DNA of 63,024 bases, the filler included, from Choristocarpus tenellus KU-1152 (taxonomy: Eukaryota > Protista > Phaeophyceae): NCBI GenBank assembly GCA_964200185.2. It is 10 parts of 10 records of this genome, joined end to end, with 100 filler letters (N's around TTAATTAATTAA, not from the genome) between each part and the next. Parts side by side here need not be neighbours in the genome. Positions count along the whole stretch, not along the records: positions 1 to 17,559 come from CAXNAD020000661.1; positions 17,660 to 21,918 come from CAXNAD020015437.1; positions 22,019 to 25,297 come from CAXNAD020021078.1; 7 more parts are not named here. One strand, 5' to 3'. Shown piece after piece: positions 11,826-24,630 of this stretch. The notes beneath the pieces are model-generated. The model did not search any database. It was not told the origin of the DNA and worked only from the letters and a program-made list of their open reading frames with translations. The translations under genes were made by a program, and so were the position numbers. How positions within the stretch are numbered: position 1 is the stretch's first letter; each line of letters begins with the position of its first letter.

Positions 11826-14800
11826 TCAAACGCATAACTTTCCTCCACACTTTTTGAGTCTCGCTTCCCCCTGGGACCAGATGGCCTGGAGAGCAGGGGG
11901 GGCAGTGCCTTGGAGAAGGCTCTCAGATTCCACTGTAGGGAAGAGATCAGCATAGGTGTGATTGGCCCCTCCAGTACGACACATGATCATGTCACGCGAG
12001 AGGTCTTTGCAACAGCAACAAGTGATAAAAGAGAAAAAATCGAGGGGAGAGGGGGGGAGGGGGGGTAAGGGTTGGTGGTGAAGTGCAAGTACAATTTTGG
12101 GGATAGGTCTAGCATGTTGCAAAATGAGAAATGCCGCAAAGAAATTTATTAAAGAGGAATTATTGTTACAACGGAACAAATTTCCAGAATGTGAAAAAAA
12201 AAGCCTCTCCAGAGTTGAATGTTACATGTCAGCATCTTTAAACAAAACGATAGCATTGTTCTTTTCTGTAATACTAGCTCATGTTCCTCGCCATGATTCT
12301 CTTGGAATGTTCTTTCCCTCACTGGTTTCAGCAAGAAATACCTCTCTTCTATATGGAGGCATTTTGTAAAGCGTTCTTTATATTCATGTACTTTTGAAGT
12401 GTATATTCCGAGGGTTGCACACATCATGTCCGCCCTAACCCTAACTCATCAGGAACAAAAAGTCGGACCTAATGTACAGGGTCCACAGTACAGTTCCTAC
12501 TACGCTAACATGTATCCCCCCAAGTTCATTTGCGATCAGCAATCAAGCATGTGGTTAGGGTTAGGGATTACCGTCAAAGAACCTAGGAGTACTATTATTG
12601 TTCTCATCATTCATTCCTTGTGTGAAACAGTGCAAAGGCACAAATCAACATTTTAAACAGGGTTTCCATTTAGTGGGCGGTACATTATGACTAAGAAAAA
12701 AAAATCCTGACAGTTTATGCACTGACTAAGGGTTTATATTGCACCGGAATGAGGTAAACACATGGCATTGTACCTCCCTGCCAGTCTCGAAACATTTACT
12801 CCACAAAATCCAGCATATTTCCATAGTAGTCAGGCCGAGCCATGGAACTGTTTTTCGGGGAGTCGTAGGTGTTTCCAGTGTTTATCCTCAGATGAAGCAA
12901 CTTGAAGATGTGATCGAACAATCTGATTGGGTGATGATGTGCGCTGTCAAATTTAGCACAGCCATAATAAAAAATGTTGTTCACTAATGTCTTACACTAT
13001 CACCTAATCTCCCCCTCCGCATACGCCCATTTTAAACCCCTACCTCAACTGCTCAACCAGGTGGCTCTATACCCCTCTTCAAACGTACCTCCAAAACCTC
13101 CACGCTCCATGAGCTCACCAAAACAACCCAACCCACATGTAGAACCTGGTCAAACTAACAGCCCACCACCCTTCCCCCCCCCACTCACAATTCCACCCCC
13201 ATACCAAAAAATCCGATCCATGCCATTACACCATTACAGAAACGAATCTCTTCTTCCCCTCACCAGAAGGAGAGGCTACACCGGCAGCCCCGACAATCTC
13301 TAGTGATGTCTGCACCGTTCTGTTGTGATACCTGTAGACACGTTCCGCCTTATCACTCACTACCAAACCACCCATGAGGTCCTTGTCCTGTGTTGCCACC
13401 CCAGTTGGGCAGTGGTTGGTGGCGCATTTGAGTGCCTGTCAACAAGATAGATCCACCGTGAGTGCAAACGGGTTGGCTTGGTTGATACTGCACTTACAAT
13501 GATCACAGGGTTTGTTTATTGGAGTCAAGAGGGTCAATGGAGGGGCATTTGTCAGGAAAAAATGTTCAGAATTGGTCACAGGGATGCACTACAGATTTCA
13601 CCAGGGGTAGGTTCAAGAAGTGGAAGATGGGCGAGGGGGCTGGACCTGGTAAGGCCGCAGTTTGGGAGGGTGGAGTAGGACTTGTGAGTTAAAGTCATTA
13701 GTGTCAATTGCATGATAATCAAAATAATATTTGCAAGATTGCACAACAATGTAAAGGGTCAGCAAACAAAACATCACGTATGTATATATACACTGAACTT
13801 TGATTCACAACACCTCAGAAGGAAATGAAACCCCAACAGGAAACTCACCCTCACTCTGTCAAATATATATATATATTTATTTTTTCCGTATGGTAAAAGA
13901 CAAGATTGCCACTGGATGGAGTTAGCATTATCATGCAGGAAATTTCTCCGTAGGGTAACACATATGGATCGTCGTGAACCTTCCTGTCACAAGTAACAAG
14001 TACCAAGTACCAGTTTTCTGTGCTAAGAACTCCAGTTCCTACAACAAAACAGGTCTTGTACATATTGAACAACACACAAGAAATGAGTGGGAGTTGATTT
14101 TGGAGAAGAAAAACAGACAAATGAAAACAGATACGTAGTGCCCCCCCTTTCTCAATCCTTTTCTTCGATGAAGCACAAGACTTCCCACTTCATAGTAGTA
14201 CATGGAACCCAACCTCCAGCTGTCCAACACTCTTCACTGTCTGAACTACACTGCATGTCTAATGGATACTATGTCCTGATTGGACAAGTATTTTCTTAGA
14301 AAGCATATATGTTCCCCCTTGTCAGGGATATAGGTCAGACTATGCTCTTCGGCTGAATCCAAGGTGTACAGTACAACCTACTAATGTGTAAACTGGCCTC
14401 ACATACACAGCAATTGATACACATGTCAGACAGCAAATATTCACACAGCCTCAGCTACATTTTGGTCATGGCTCACTAGGAAGACAAGAACCCAGGACGC
14501 ACAGATCGACCCTCTTGTGTGCCCTCCCCTTGTCTCTCATTCTCACGAGTTTCCAACCAAGGCTATACGCAGTCACAGAGACACATCTGTCACTTCATAC
14601 CCCATAAAACTCCCTTGCTCAAGGAAAAAATACTCTTCACAGAGAACCATCAGAATCATCAGCAACGCCAGACTGTGAGGTCAAAGCCACGACAACACCC
14701 ACCGATGGACCACGGGATCATAGTCTCGTAAGTTTCATTAGATTGTGAGTCTCACATGAATCGCCTTCAATGTTCTTCACACTCCCATCACTGCCACAAA

Positions 14801-17280
14801 CCCTCACGCACCTGGATGCAACCCAGCGCAAACATCATTGCACGAGCAGAGTTGCACAGGTCTGCTCCAAGAGCAATGTTGCGTACGATGCTGAACCCTG
14901 ACAGAACCTTGAGAACCAATAGTCAGTCAGGAGTCCAATTGGAATGCAGGATGGGATTGAGGGGTTGTGGGAAGTATAATCAGATGCGGCAATGCAAGTG
15001 TGGGAATTTGGATAGCGCCTGAGGTGTCAGAAAACGAAGGGGGAAGGGGGAGTGTGGTGTGGTGTGGTGAAGGGAAGACGGGGGTTTCACTCCGTTGTCA
15101 ACAAGGCAGGCAACACACACACACACACAAGTAGTGAGGTCAAAAAGATAAGTGGGCAGAGGTCTTGGGCATAGCTTTGATTTGGAGTAGGGATTAGCAA
15201 GGGAACATTTCTTCTCAGACTCAAGGGAAAAGGACAGTTGTTAGGGTCGCCCTCTGACTCTCTAACCCTAACCCTATCTGACAAGCAAGAGAAGAGAACC
15301 GGGTAGGGGTGGCTAGTTCACTGTGGTTTATGCAGAGGAAGCACAAACAAACGAAAGCAGCACATTGCTTCAAATAGCATTTTACATCAGGGCCTCAACA
15401 TAGTGCAGTCAACCCAACTCCAATTCCCTCATCACAACTGTTTTATCTTATGTCAATGATACAATCCGAAACAGTACACATCACATTGAAAGGAGTTGCC
15501 CCCTGCACCCCCCCCTCTACCCCTCCCTATTCACAGCACCAATCTCACACGAACAAATCAAGAAATGGCAAAAGGCCGGCTGCCTACAAGGCCCCCGGAG
15601 GAAGACCCATCCAAGTGAGCCACGCTTCTGGACACACACCTTCCCGCTGCATATGATAGTCACACTGTCCCTCATCCCTGCCCCCCTCAACAAATCATCC
15701 CCCATAGTCACGCCTTCCACCAGTGGAGTTCCAACAGAGTTCGAGAACTCTGGAGGCGCTGCACCTGTGCCACCCTCAGATCCCTTCGAACAAAGATAAT
15801 TTATTGAGAAGAGGAAGTGGAATGCAGGCTAAGGTTGACAGTAAACATCAGAGTCAGTGCAGGAGTTGATTTTTTGTACCGAAATATCTCATGCCTGTGA
15901 GGTTGGAGGGGCAAGCATATAGACTCTCGAAATTGTCTTGACTCTAGGAGATTAAAAAAAAAAAGAGTAAACCCACACACATACACTCTCTATCCTTTAG
16001 CTGTATGCCACTCTTAGTGCAACCTATTATATATAACGTCCAATTAACACACACTTGCAGGTGCTGAATTGAAGGTGATTTTCAACTTTCAATGTTAGCT
16101 CTGGGCCACAAACCATTGATCTTTGAAAGAATCACAGCGAGGTGTTGATCCGCAAGATGTAACGTCTTGTCTTCATAGAAATGAGAAGGTCTAGATGAGG
16201 CGATTGCAGTCATTGCTCCCAACGCTGAAGAATACCACCTTGTCAAAGCTAGACCTACCCCTAACTCTTCTCCTCAACCATAACCTCACACCTTCTTCAG
16301 TGCAATGCTCTGGAGCTCTATGTAGTGCTCCATAGCATTCCATAGCACAAAACAAATACATTGTTCCATAGAAGAAATAACAACCAAAGTAGAGTTCATT
16401 ACTACACCATAGCTATCGCCAACAAATCCTCTACTACCCCCCTCTCTCTCCATACACAGCACTGACCGCACACACACATCAACAGTGAAAAAGTCTGGGC
16501 CGTGTCCATCACCCTTCTCCTTGGCTGCCAGGATCACTGCAGCCACTTCATCTGCCTGCCCAACACATCTGTGTTGCAGAAGCAGGGGGAAAAACACAGG
16601 AGAGTGGGAAGGGCGGCAAGAGTGGGGGGATGAAGATGTTAGTGGTTGGAGAAGAGACATGAGGGGTATAGGTGGAAGAAGGGGGTGGCCAATCAGGAGA
16701 GCAAATCAGACTTTGAGAGGACAAAAGAGGATATCTGGGACCCAAATGGAAGCTCGGGTTCAATTTCTCAAGTTTGTCATGGGCAGCTACTACTGTCACT
16801 AATACAGGGGGCTTGTTGTGGCAAGCAAGGGTAGATGGGACAGAAAAAAATAAGGAGGTAAGAAAGGTAAGCAGCAGAGTTTGATATTGCAAGAAGAATA
16901 GGTGTTCTAATCCCCATCTTCCTCTCTCTGAAGCTCATCTCAAATCGTGAAGTCTCCACCACAGTATTACACTGAACATCATCAACCTTCTACTTATAGC
17001 CTAGGAGCCCCGCCTGTAGCCACCACAAGTGTTCCCCCCACCAAATAGTAGCTTCTTACAGTTTGACCCCCACAGGCTTGCCCCCAGAAAGCTCCCTCAG
17101 CAGGTCCACAAAGTCAACAAGACCACGTGGGCCCTGAAAGGCAGAGTGGCTTGGGGGGGAGATACAGTCAACCCCCAGCTCCACCCCCCTAGCTTCAGCG
17201 ATGAGGGGGGTCACCTTGGAGGCCGGAAGTATGCCCCCATGAGCTGGTTTGGCCCCCTGGGACAGTTTAACCTCTATCAT
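11826..17280 (-). CDS. FMN-binding glutamate synthase family protein (Glu_synthase domain), 3' six exons
   Basis: Exons 17280-17060, 16568-16478, 15783-15640, 14907-14812, 13435-13264, 12004-11826. All GT-AG and phase-consistent. Motifs MIEVKLSQGAKPAHGGILP, LRELSGGKPVGVKLCVG, PDFFTVDGSEGGTGAAP, ALGADLCNSARAMMFALGCIQALKCATNHCPTGVATQD (3Fe-4S cysteines). The 5' part is beyond the contig end. Confidence 0.93.
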
Positions 17281-17509
17281 CTGAGTTTTGTGGGGGCAAG
17301 AGTGGTGAGAATGGTTGAAGGGGCGAAGGGATGTGTGGAATGGAAAGGGTGGCTTGGCATGAGCAACATGGTTGGTTAGAAGGAGGGGGAGGGAAATGCA
17401 GGGTGAAGTAGGAGAGAGGGGTACAAGGGATTGTTGGGGTAATTTGTGACTGAGCACCAAAGAGCTATGACTGTAAGGAGAGGGAGTAGGGGAAGGTGGG
17501 TGTACAGAG

Positions 17510-17559
17510 GGATCAAAGTATTTGGGGGGGGGGGGGGGGGGGGGGGTGGGGGGGGGGGG
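17510..17559 (+). mobile_element. MITE family B terminus (truncated at contig end)
   Basis: GGATCAAAGTATTT followed by poly-G running into the gap. Confidence 0.65.
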
Positions 17560-17659
17560 NNNNNNNNNNNNNNNNNNNNNNNNNNNNNNNNNNNNNNNNN
17601 NNNTTAATTAATTAANNNNNNNNNNNNNNNNNNNNNNNNNNNNNNNNNNNNNNNNNNNN
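17560..17659. other. Artificial contig-joining spacer (also 21919-22018, 25298-25397, 37394-37493, 40477-40576, 49918-50017, 53984-54083, 56805-56904, 60058-60157)
   Basis: Identical 100-bp N-TTAATTAATTAA-N blocks with stops in all six frames. Confidence 0.99.
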
Positions 17660-17751
17660 TTTTTTGCATGTGTCGGATGGATAATACAAGTGCACTTTTC
17701 CTAGTCAGGGCCCGAAATGGACCCCCCCCCCCCCTCCAGATACTTTGACCT
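17660..17751 (+). mobile_element. MITE family B terminus
   Basis: gcacttttcct...aaatggac-polyC-CAGATACTTTGACCT. Aligns with the right part of the full copy at 60174-60355. Confidence 0.75.
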
Positions 17752-17759
17752 GTGTGCAA

Positions 17760-18390
17760 GCTCCTTGAATCACGGTCAGAGAAGGTGGAGCTCTTCATCT
17801 TACACACCACTTATTGGGAAATACGGTACTTTGTCAGGATTTGATGACCATGGTACGACAAAGTTTGAGTTGAAACTCTCATGGAACGATCTGGGTACCA
17901 TTCTGAGGTGCCTGGGGTATGTGTAGAGAAGGGGTAGAATCAAAATCCCACCTCCGATAGAGGAAAGGAAAGCACACACTCGCAGGTTCCAGGTTGAATA
18001 CTGAGGTGGCCTTCAAAGGAAGTTGTTGCAAAGGAGAGAAGAAGTGTTCAAGTGAGAGATCAGATAAGGCTGGGATGATACGATGATCCTAACTGGGATC
18101 GGGTTGGGGGTGGACGGAAACCAGCAGACTGTGGTAGACTGGATACCCATGCCCAGAGGGAGACGACAAAGTACATCAAGATGGAGGACAAATTATTGGA
18201 GGGAGACACATTCAACCTCACGAATGTCCCGAACGAGCTGAAAGATACGGACAAGCTAGCAAGACCACTGGACGCTGTAGAAGGGAGAGCAGACGAAGAG
18301 ATTTTGGAAATGGATTATGAGGTGGAACTCACGGTGGAAGATGGCAACAGTGACAATGTCGAACTTGACGAATCTGACGCTGTAATTTAA
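17760..18390 (+). mobile_element. Possible internally deleted Tc1/IS630-like transposase remnant
   Basis: LKLSWNDLGTILRCLGYV*RRGRIKIP resembles the winged-helix segment of Tc1/IS630 transposases, followed by an acidic tail. No DDE core is seen. Confidence 0.3.
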
Positions 18391-18699
18391 CAATGAATAT
18401 CAAGAGATTACCCAGCAACACTACAAGTACTCGAAGCACATTCAGAGTACTTCAAGCTCATTTTTTCTTAATACGTTCTGCATTGTCAATTAATGCAATT
18501 TGAGCCTCCAAGAACATGCCTTTTGAGTCCTGCGTATTTCTATACTCCAATGACAATGTCAGACATGGGTTTCACAGAATGAAAAAGGTGAAAAAATAGT
18601 TCAAATACATACTCCGAAGCATACATCAAAAATTCCCTCAAAAAAAAAAATCTCACCTTTCACGGATAGTGCACCCTACAGTAAGTTGAATTGTGATTC

Positions 18700-20500
18700 A
18701 CGTGTGCTACTAGAGCTTGATAGATGCGTTAGGACATCAGCTTGCATTCCAGACATATTTCATGGGATGAATCGACCTTTACCACAGTGGTTTGAATGCC
18801 TCCAGTGGACTTTGTGGGGGCAAAGTACTTTCTCCAAATTTAGCCTAAACTGTAGTGTATATTGGGTTCCAGGTGAAGGTAGGACCTCAAACTAACTGCA
18901 TTAGATCTGAGTTGCCTTGACGTTTCCGACCATATTTTGTTTGTCTATCTCTAAATTTTATAGAAGATACACTCTCGAAAAAATGATTACTACTTCCCTC
19001 CATGATTTCAATACGCACTTACTAGTCTAGGACTAAAACTAAGACCAATATCAATATTTGGAGAGTATTGAATTAACAACGAAAAATGTTCTTCCCTACT
19101 CTTGATTCTTGCCATCGCCTCTACTATCTCAGATAGAGGTTGAGTACGGAGCACAAGAGTACATTTCAAACACCAAATGTCATCCGAGTCATGCAAGCAT
19201 CCTTCAAGGTCCTGCTGCTGCAACATTGACTCTTACCGGCAAAGGCGTACAGTAGTCTAATTGCTGCCAATGCACCAGCTGGTTCCACGAGTTCTGCATT
19301 CTGAGGAGCCTGAGGATGTCCACCCCCATAGTGTGTTGAGAATTAGAACTTCAAAGAAATCTCTGTGAGAGGCGAATATATCATAAACTGTTTGTGGAAC
19401 ATGACAAAGTATTGAAGCGTTTGAACTGTAGAAGGTCCCGCGTTCTACATCCCCACCAGTAGCTCCGGCACCAAATTTTGTGGTGTGTGCTTATTCAATT
19501 CAATGGATGGAGTATTGGACGCCACTTGATTACATTGTATCAATGGACCCCCTGCATCCCAGACAACTCAAGAAAGTACGCTTCATGCACCTGGAACACC
19601 CTTTGCAAAGACTTGAACAATGCACAAGATCTCACCTGGCACAGGTTGGCTAAGGCTCTTACTGCGAGCTTCAGGCTGATGAGGGCTTCCACTGAGACAC
19701 AGGAGAATTACAAGGTAAGAGGCCAGGTCAATACTGGAATGATTGGAATGCCTAGGAGGAGATTGCATGGGTGTGTCTATTGTTCCTGGGATGAAACTGC
19801 CTCGAGGTAGCAGAATTTAGTAGCTTTAATCCGAGCTTAGATTTCATAATATTATGCGTATCTACCTCTTGCATTCTTGAAGATGTCGAAACAATGTTTG
19901 GGATCAGCTTCACTTTTCTGAACGCTTGACGTCCTTCAACCCATGTTTGTCGTTTGATACACTTCTATTGTCTAGCTCAGGGTTCCTAGCTATTCAATTG
20001 TCAATGTTGGTCCCACAAACCTAAACTCTACCTCAAAGTAGACTCCTACAAGGTGGAATAAACGTGAACATCATAATTTGCCTGATTCTTCAAGTTGTCC
20101 ATTTCGCACAATGTTGATGAGTCCCCCTCTCGCCACCATCACATCAGTCAATACCTGCCAGCATTTAGCCACAAAAGCAACAGAGCACCTATATCATTAA
20201 CACACCTGCGGTCAAAGCTGTTTGTACAAGATAGAAATCGACAGCAAGGGGACTACCCCTGTCAATGAAAATGCAGATGTTGTTACATTGATTTGTGCAT
20301 GTTTGCACTCATTCGAATGTCAATTTAAGGAAGATCCCAAAGAACTGATAAGATTCTATGGGGAGAGGGAGAGCATTAGGAAATGCTTTGCTGAAAGGCG
20401 TCTAGGGATTCAAGGGGACAGGCTTCACCTTTAGTCCTCCGTGACTCGCGACATGCACTCTATCTTCAGACTTTTCTGTGTAGTGTGCCAGCATCCATAA
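18700..20500 (-). mobile_element. Heavily decayed transposase, probably hAT
   Basis: Minus-strand fragments IPIIPVLTW...VEALISLKLAVRAL (cf. hAT PV.TRWNS...L.LK) and KWRPILHPLN. Many stops. Confidence 0.35.
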
Positions 20501-21825
20501 TGCAAACGTCCTGAGAATATGCAGCACACACGGACAGACAAGAATTGATCATCAGGTTCACTGAAAAAGATTATGTAATTGATCAAAAGTACTCTGGCCA
20601 AATGGAAAATGTAAACTTTGATTATGCCTCAAGTTGACAGAGGTGCTGTGAGGCGCTGAATTTGCTCATATCACAACTCTTTATAAATAACCTTTCTCAT
20701 AGCTGAGTCGTTTGGACATGGACTTTGCAAGTTATTTCTCCCACTATTCAATTGAATTGAAGCACCTTGTTTCGATTGGTATCAGGCAATTCAGTATTGT
20801 TCTTCTACCTGACTGGTTCAGCTGAGCCAGTTTCCCCCACAGCTCTATTGTTTGTGAACCATGGACCCGACTGCTCGCTGCTGAAACTTGACTTCAGCTC
20901 TTTTTTGCCATAATGCATCTGCTGCTCTTGAGGATGAGAAACACACTGCAATTGGGGAAAAAACGACTTCAGAGAAGGACAAACCCTAACCCCATACCTT
21001 CATGATGGAAAATACATCCAACTCCTTGTCTGTTCTCCTAATACATCCATCTTTATTCCCTTCCAAACCATCTGTGCAAAGCCCTTCTAGAATAGGTAGC
21101 ATGAGTAATTGGAATGAGTCCAGCCAAGCTCAAAGAACCGAGTTTGAAATTCGAAACAGACAACAGGATGTCGCACATGGTAGGATGTCAAAACATCAGT
21201 GAACAAACCGCATCCATAAATAAGAGAGAGGTATGTCTTGACTTTATCTTTCGACCCTGAAATCTTCCTAGCTTGAAGTACATGGAGAAAATGAGTCATG
21301 AGGTCCGAACCAAATGGTAACAGGAACCAAGGAAAGTACTCACCAAAGGACATGTGCTGTTGTTGTGCAAGGGAGAACCTAGCAGAAATAAATACCATTG
21401 TTCATATATTAGAGTATGTAACTATGCAATTTACTTTGTCATAAATTCGAACACTTATTGGTAACCTATTGAGGTGAGGAGCATAATTCGTTTCGATGAC
21501 TTTATCTTTCACCAGCTGAGTCTAGATTGACCTACCTCAAGTAGGTCAACAACCTCATGGCGTTTAAGGCTTGAGCGAGGAACGTTCTCAAACAGAACTC
21601 CAGCAGATGCTCCTAGCACATCCAACTCACCTGTGGTCATTCAACCGCACACAACCATACGAGGAAACGAAAAACACACCACAATAGCTAAGGATAACAC
21701 AATTCAGCATCGCCCAAAATAACAAGAATTATTATGGATTCATGCAACGACTATTTGCTCATTCCAACCAGTATTAGCTGTTGGGATGCAGAGGTATTGA
21801 TTACGCACTAAATACAATCGTGATT

Positions 21826-21918
21826 GGGTCAAAGTATCTGGGGGAGGGGGGGGGGTGTCGGCGTCCGTTTTTCACCTTTTTTTCGATTTTCACTTTTTTG
21901 GTGTGATTTGGTCGCCCG
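21826..21918 (+). mobile_element. MITE family B terminus (further termini at 22019-22045, 25244-25297, 25398-25417)
   Basis: GGGTCAAAGTATCTGGGGGAGGGGGG; same terminal core as 60174-60355. Confidence 0.75.
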
Positions 21919-22257
21919 NNNNNNNNNNNNNNNNNNNNNNNNNNNNNNNNNNNNNNNNNNNNTTAATTAATTAANNNNNNNNNNNNNNNNNNNNNNNNNN
22001 NNNNNNNNNNNNNNNNNNCCCCCCCCCTCCCAGATACTTTGGGTCTGAATTTCATTTTGCGCACACTACTAATGAAAACTATTTCCTATTTTACTACTAC
22101 ATTGTACTATTGTCTTCCTGTGTCTCAAACCTATTCCTCCACCCCAGGGTGAGGACCTAGGGAAGCATCCCAAGAATCCAACAAACCCCTCCTTGCCCAT
22201 CTCCCTGGTGACTCCAGCTTGAAACACATGACTCATTTAGATAGAGCCACTTGCATT

Positions 22258-22515
22258 GAGTGAAAGTATCTTAGAGGGTACGAGTTTTTCCCTGTTTGTC
22301 CATTTGGGGCTTGGTTTCTTTCGGGGTTTTTATGACATTTTTCTACTCCAAAATATCTCAGATTAGGTAAAATGTGTAAGTTATGAAAAGGTGTCTTCGG
22401 AACAAGGATATTGACACTTCCTAACAAAAACGATAGCCAAATTTACATCGAAATCGCAACATTGAATTTTGGTCCCTAAATGGACGCGGCTCTACCCTCT
22501 AAGATACTTTGGCTC
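22258..22515 (+). mobile_element. MITE family A copy
   Basis: GAGTGAAAGTATCTTAGAGGGTA...TACCCTCTAAGATACTTTGGCTC, 258 bp. Flanks CATT/ATTG (imperfect TSD). Confidence 0.9.
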
Positions 22516-23049
22516 ATTGTGACTGAGATTATCTGGCGTAGGAGGGATTTGATGGCTCCTTTTCTGCTATACCCTCCAGTTCCTCTCCCCCTGCCACGGG
22601 TATGCTAGTTCATCCAGGAAGCATTCCACTTGCTTGCTGAGGCGCCCAACACTTTCCACCAGGAAGGTGTTCAGGTTATAACTATGAGAGGCAAAAGAAC
22701 CTTCATAGTGGGTGCGCTTTCACGCTTTAGTTGTAGCAACTACATCAATATATATTATTATCCTCTCTCAACCTTTTATATTATTATGCTTTTTGACATT
22801 ATAGTGTTTTGCACAAAATGAAATTCACTATCGGAGTGTAAGATGTGTCCTTCCGATTTCTGGCGGTAGTGTTTTTCATTTTCAAATTTGATAAAATTTC
22901 CCATTTCTAGTGAAATACAATAGTGAAAATCATTATCTCCTCGGTAAGACCCTCGGGGCAACACTCAAGACGGGAAGATTGGAGAATGTCTTAGAAACAG
23001 ACATAGAGCAACCATCTTGGTATACGATGTCACACAGCTGGACAGGAGT

Positions 23050-24400
23050 GAGGAGGTAATGGCCCTCCCTAGGAGGAGGAGAAATATCCGCAACGTCTCC
23101 CTGCACTTGTGACACGGGGCCCTCTGTGCGACCGAGGTTAGACTTATTCGTAGGTACCAGAGGCTCGTGGCAATGGAGAGATTGTAGATGAAGAAGAGGG
23201 GGACAAGGATCTGTTTGAGATAGCTGAGTTCCTTCTCGGTTACGTGTGTGCCATCCAAATAGACCATACTGTGCCTAGACCCCCGCTCTTAAGACTATGT
23301 TATGTTGGATTGTGTTTGGGAGGCCTGGGTAAGGTTCAGGTGCCGCAGGTAACGCCTCAGTCAGCTGTTTGGAGTCATGAAGTTCCCACCTGTGTTCCTT
23401 TGCATCAACAGCAGTCTGTTTACGGGGGATGAGGGTTTCCTATTGCTGATTAGGAGGCTGAGATACCCAGGGCACTTGGTCGACCTGGAGGAGGAGTTCG
23501 GCATTGAGTATAGTCAACTGAGTCATCTCTTCAAGACGGTTATGGACTGGATATGGCAGACTCATGGGCATCGCATCCAGGACAATATTGGGTTCTTTGC
23601 ACCGTTCTTCCCTCAGATGGGAGCGGCTACAGAACGCAAAGGTGGGGTTGCTGTCTCGAGCATTTCTGTGGGTGTGCAATTTTTGTTGAAGTTCAGCTGC
23701 TTGAGCAGGGACTGTATTGAACCTTGATAGCGCAACGTGTTGCTACCCTGACTCCAAACCCTTCAAATATGCGCGTTGGCGACCATCCAGGAGGAGTTGC
23801 CTGCTCGGGATCTATGATCATAGAATTTCTGGACGGGACACTTTGGCTCATATGCCGGCCGGTTGGGCCCATGGAGCTGGACTTGCAGCGGGAGGTCTAC
23901 GACGGCCACCACAAGGCGCATGGGCTTGGGTTCCAGTCTGTGGAGTTCCCGGATGGGATGATTGGAGACCTATATGGGCCTCTATGCCTGGTCGCAGGCA
24001 CGATGCGCACATTTTATGAGAATGTAGATTAAAACAAAGATTATCCATGGTGCAGCTGGGGCAGGATGTTCAGTACCAGGTGTACGGGGATGCAGTGTAC
24101 CCTGTCCTTTCCCATGTGTCTTGTGGGTTCAGAGTTGTCAATCTCACCCTGGTTCAGAAGGCATATAACAGGGAACTGTCGAGAGTGAGGATTTCTGTGG
24201 AGTGGGGCTTTGGCAAGGTAGTCCGGTTGTACCCTTTTGTACATTTCAAGAAAAACCTGAAGCTTCTACTGCAGCCAGTTGGTATGTACTACTTAGTCGC
24301 AGCCTCGCTGACAAGTGCCCATACCTGTCTGTCACACTGGAATTTACTTCAACATGCCATCTCCTTCACTTGAAGGCTACTTTGCTTGAGGCCTTTCACC
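23050..24400 (+). mobile_element. PIF/Harbinger (DDE_Tnp_4, HARBI1-like) transposase pseudogene
   Basis: LLLIRRLRYPGHLVDLEEEFG; FLDGTLWLICRP; YDGHHKAHGLGFQSVEFPDGMIGDLYGP, frameshift, PGRRHDAHIL*; VYGDAVYP; YNRELSRVRISVEWGFGKV. The D-D-E triad is present but broken by a frameshift and a stop. Confidence 0.93.
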
Positions 24401-24630
24401 TCAGGCCATAGGGTTGGAGAGTCAGGGGGAACGGGACTCATGTTTCCAATGTTCAGGTTTGGCAACAAGTAGGAAAATAAACATCTATTGACTCGTCAGC
24501 ACGTTGGGGCATCAATTAGCAGACTATGGCTGGAGACATTATGGAACCCTGCTTGACGAACATCCCTAATTGTTGTTGAGGCAAACAGTAAAAAAAAAGC
24601 TAAAGTGAGCTGTAGACATGCTGGAGTTCA

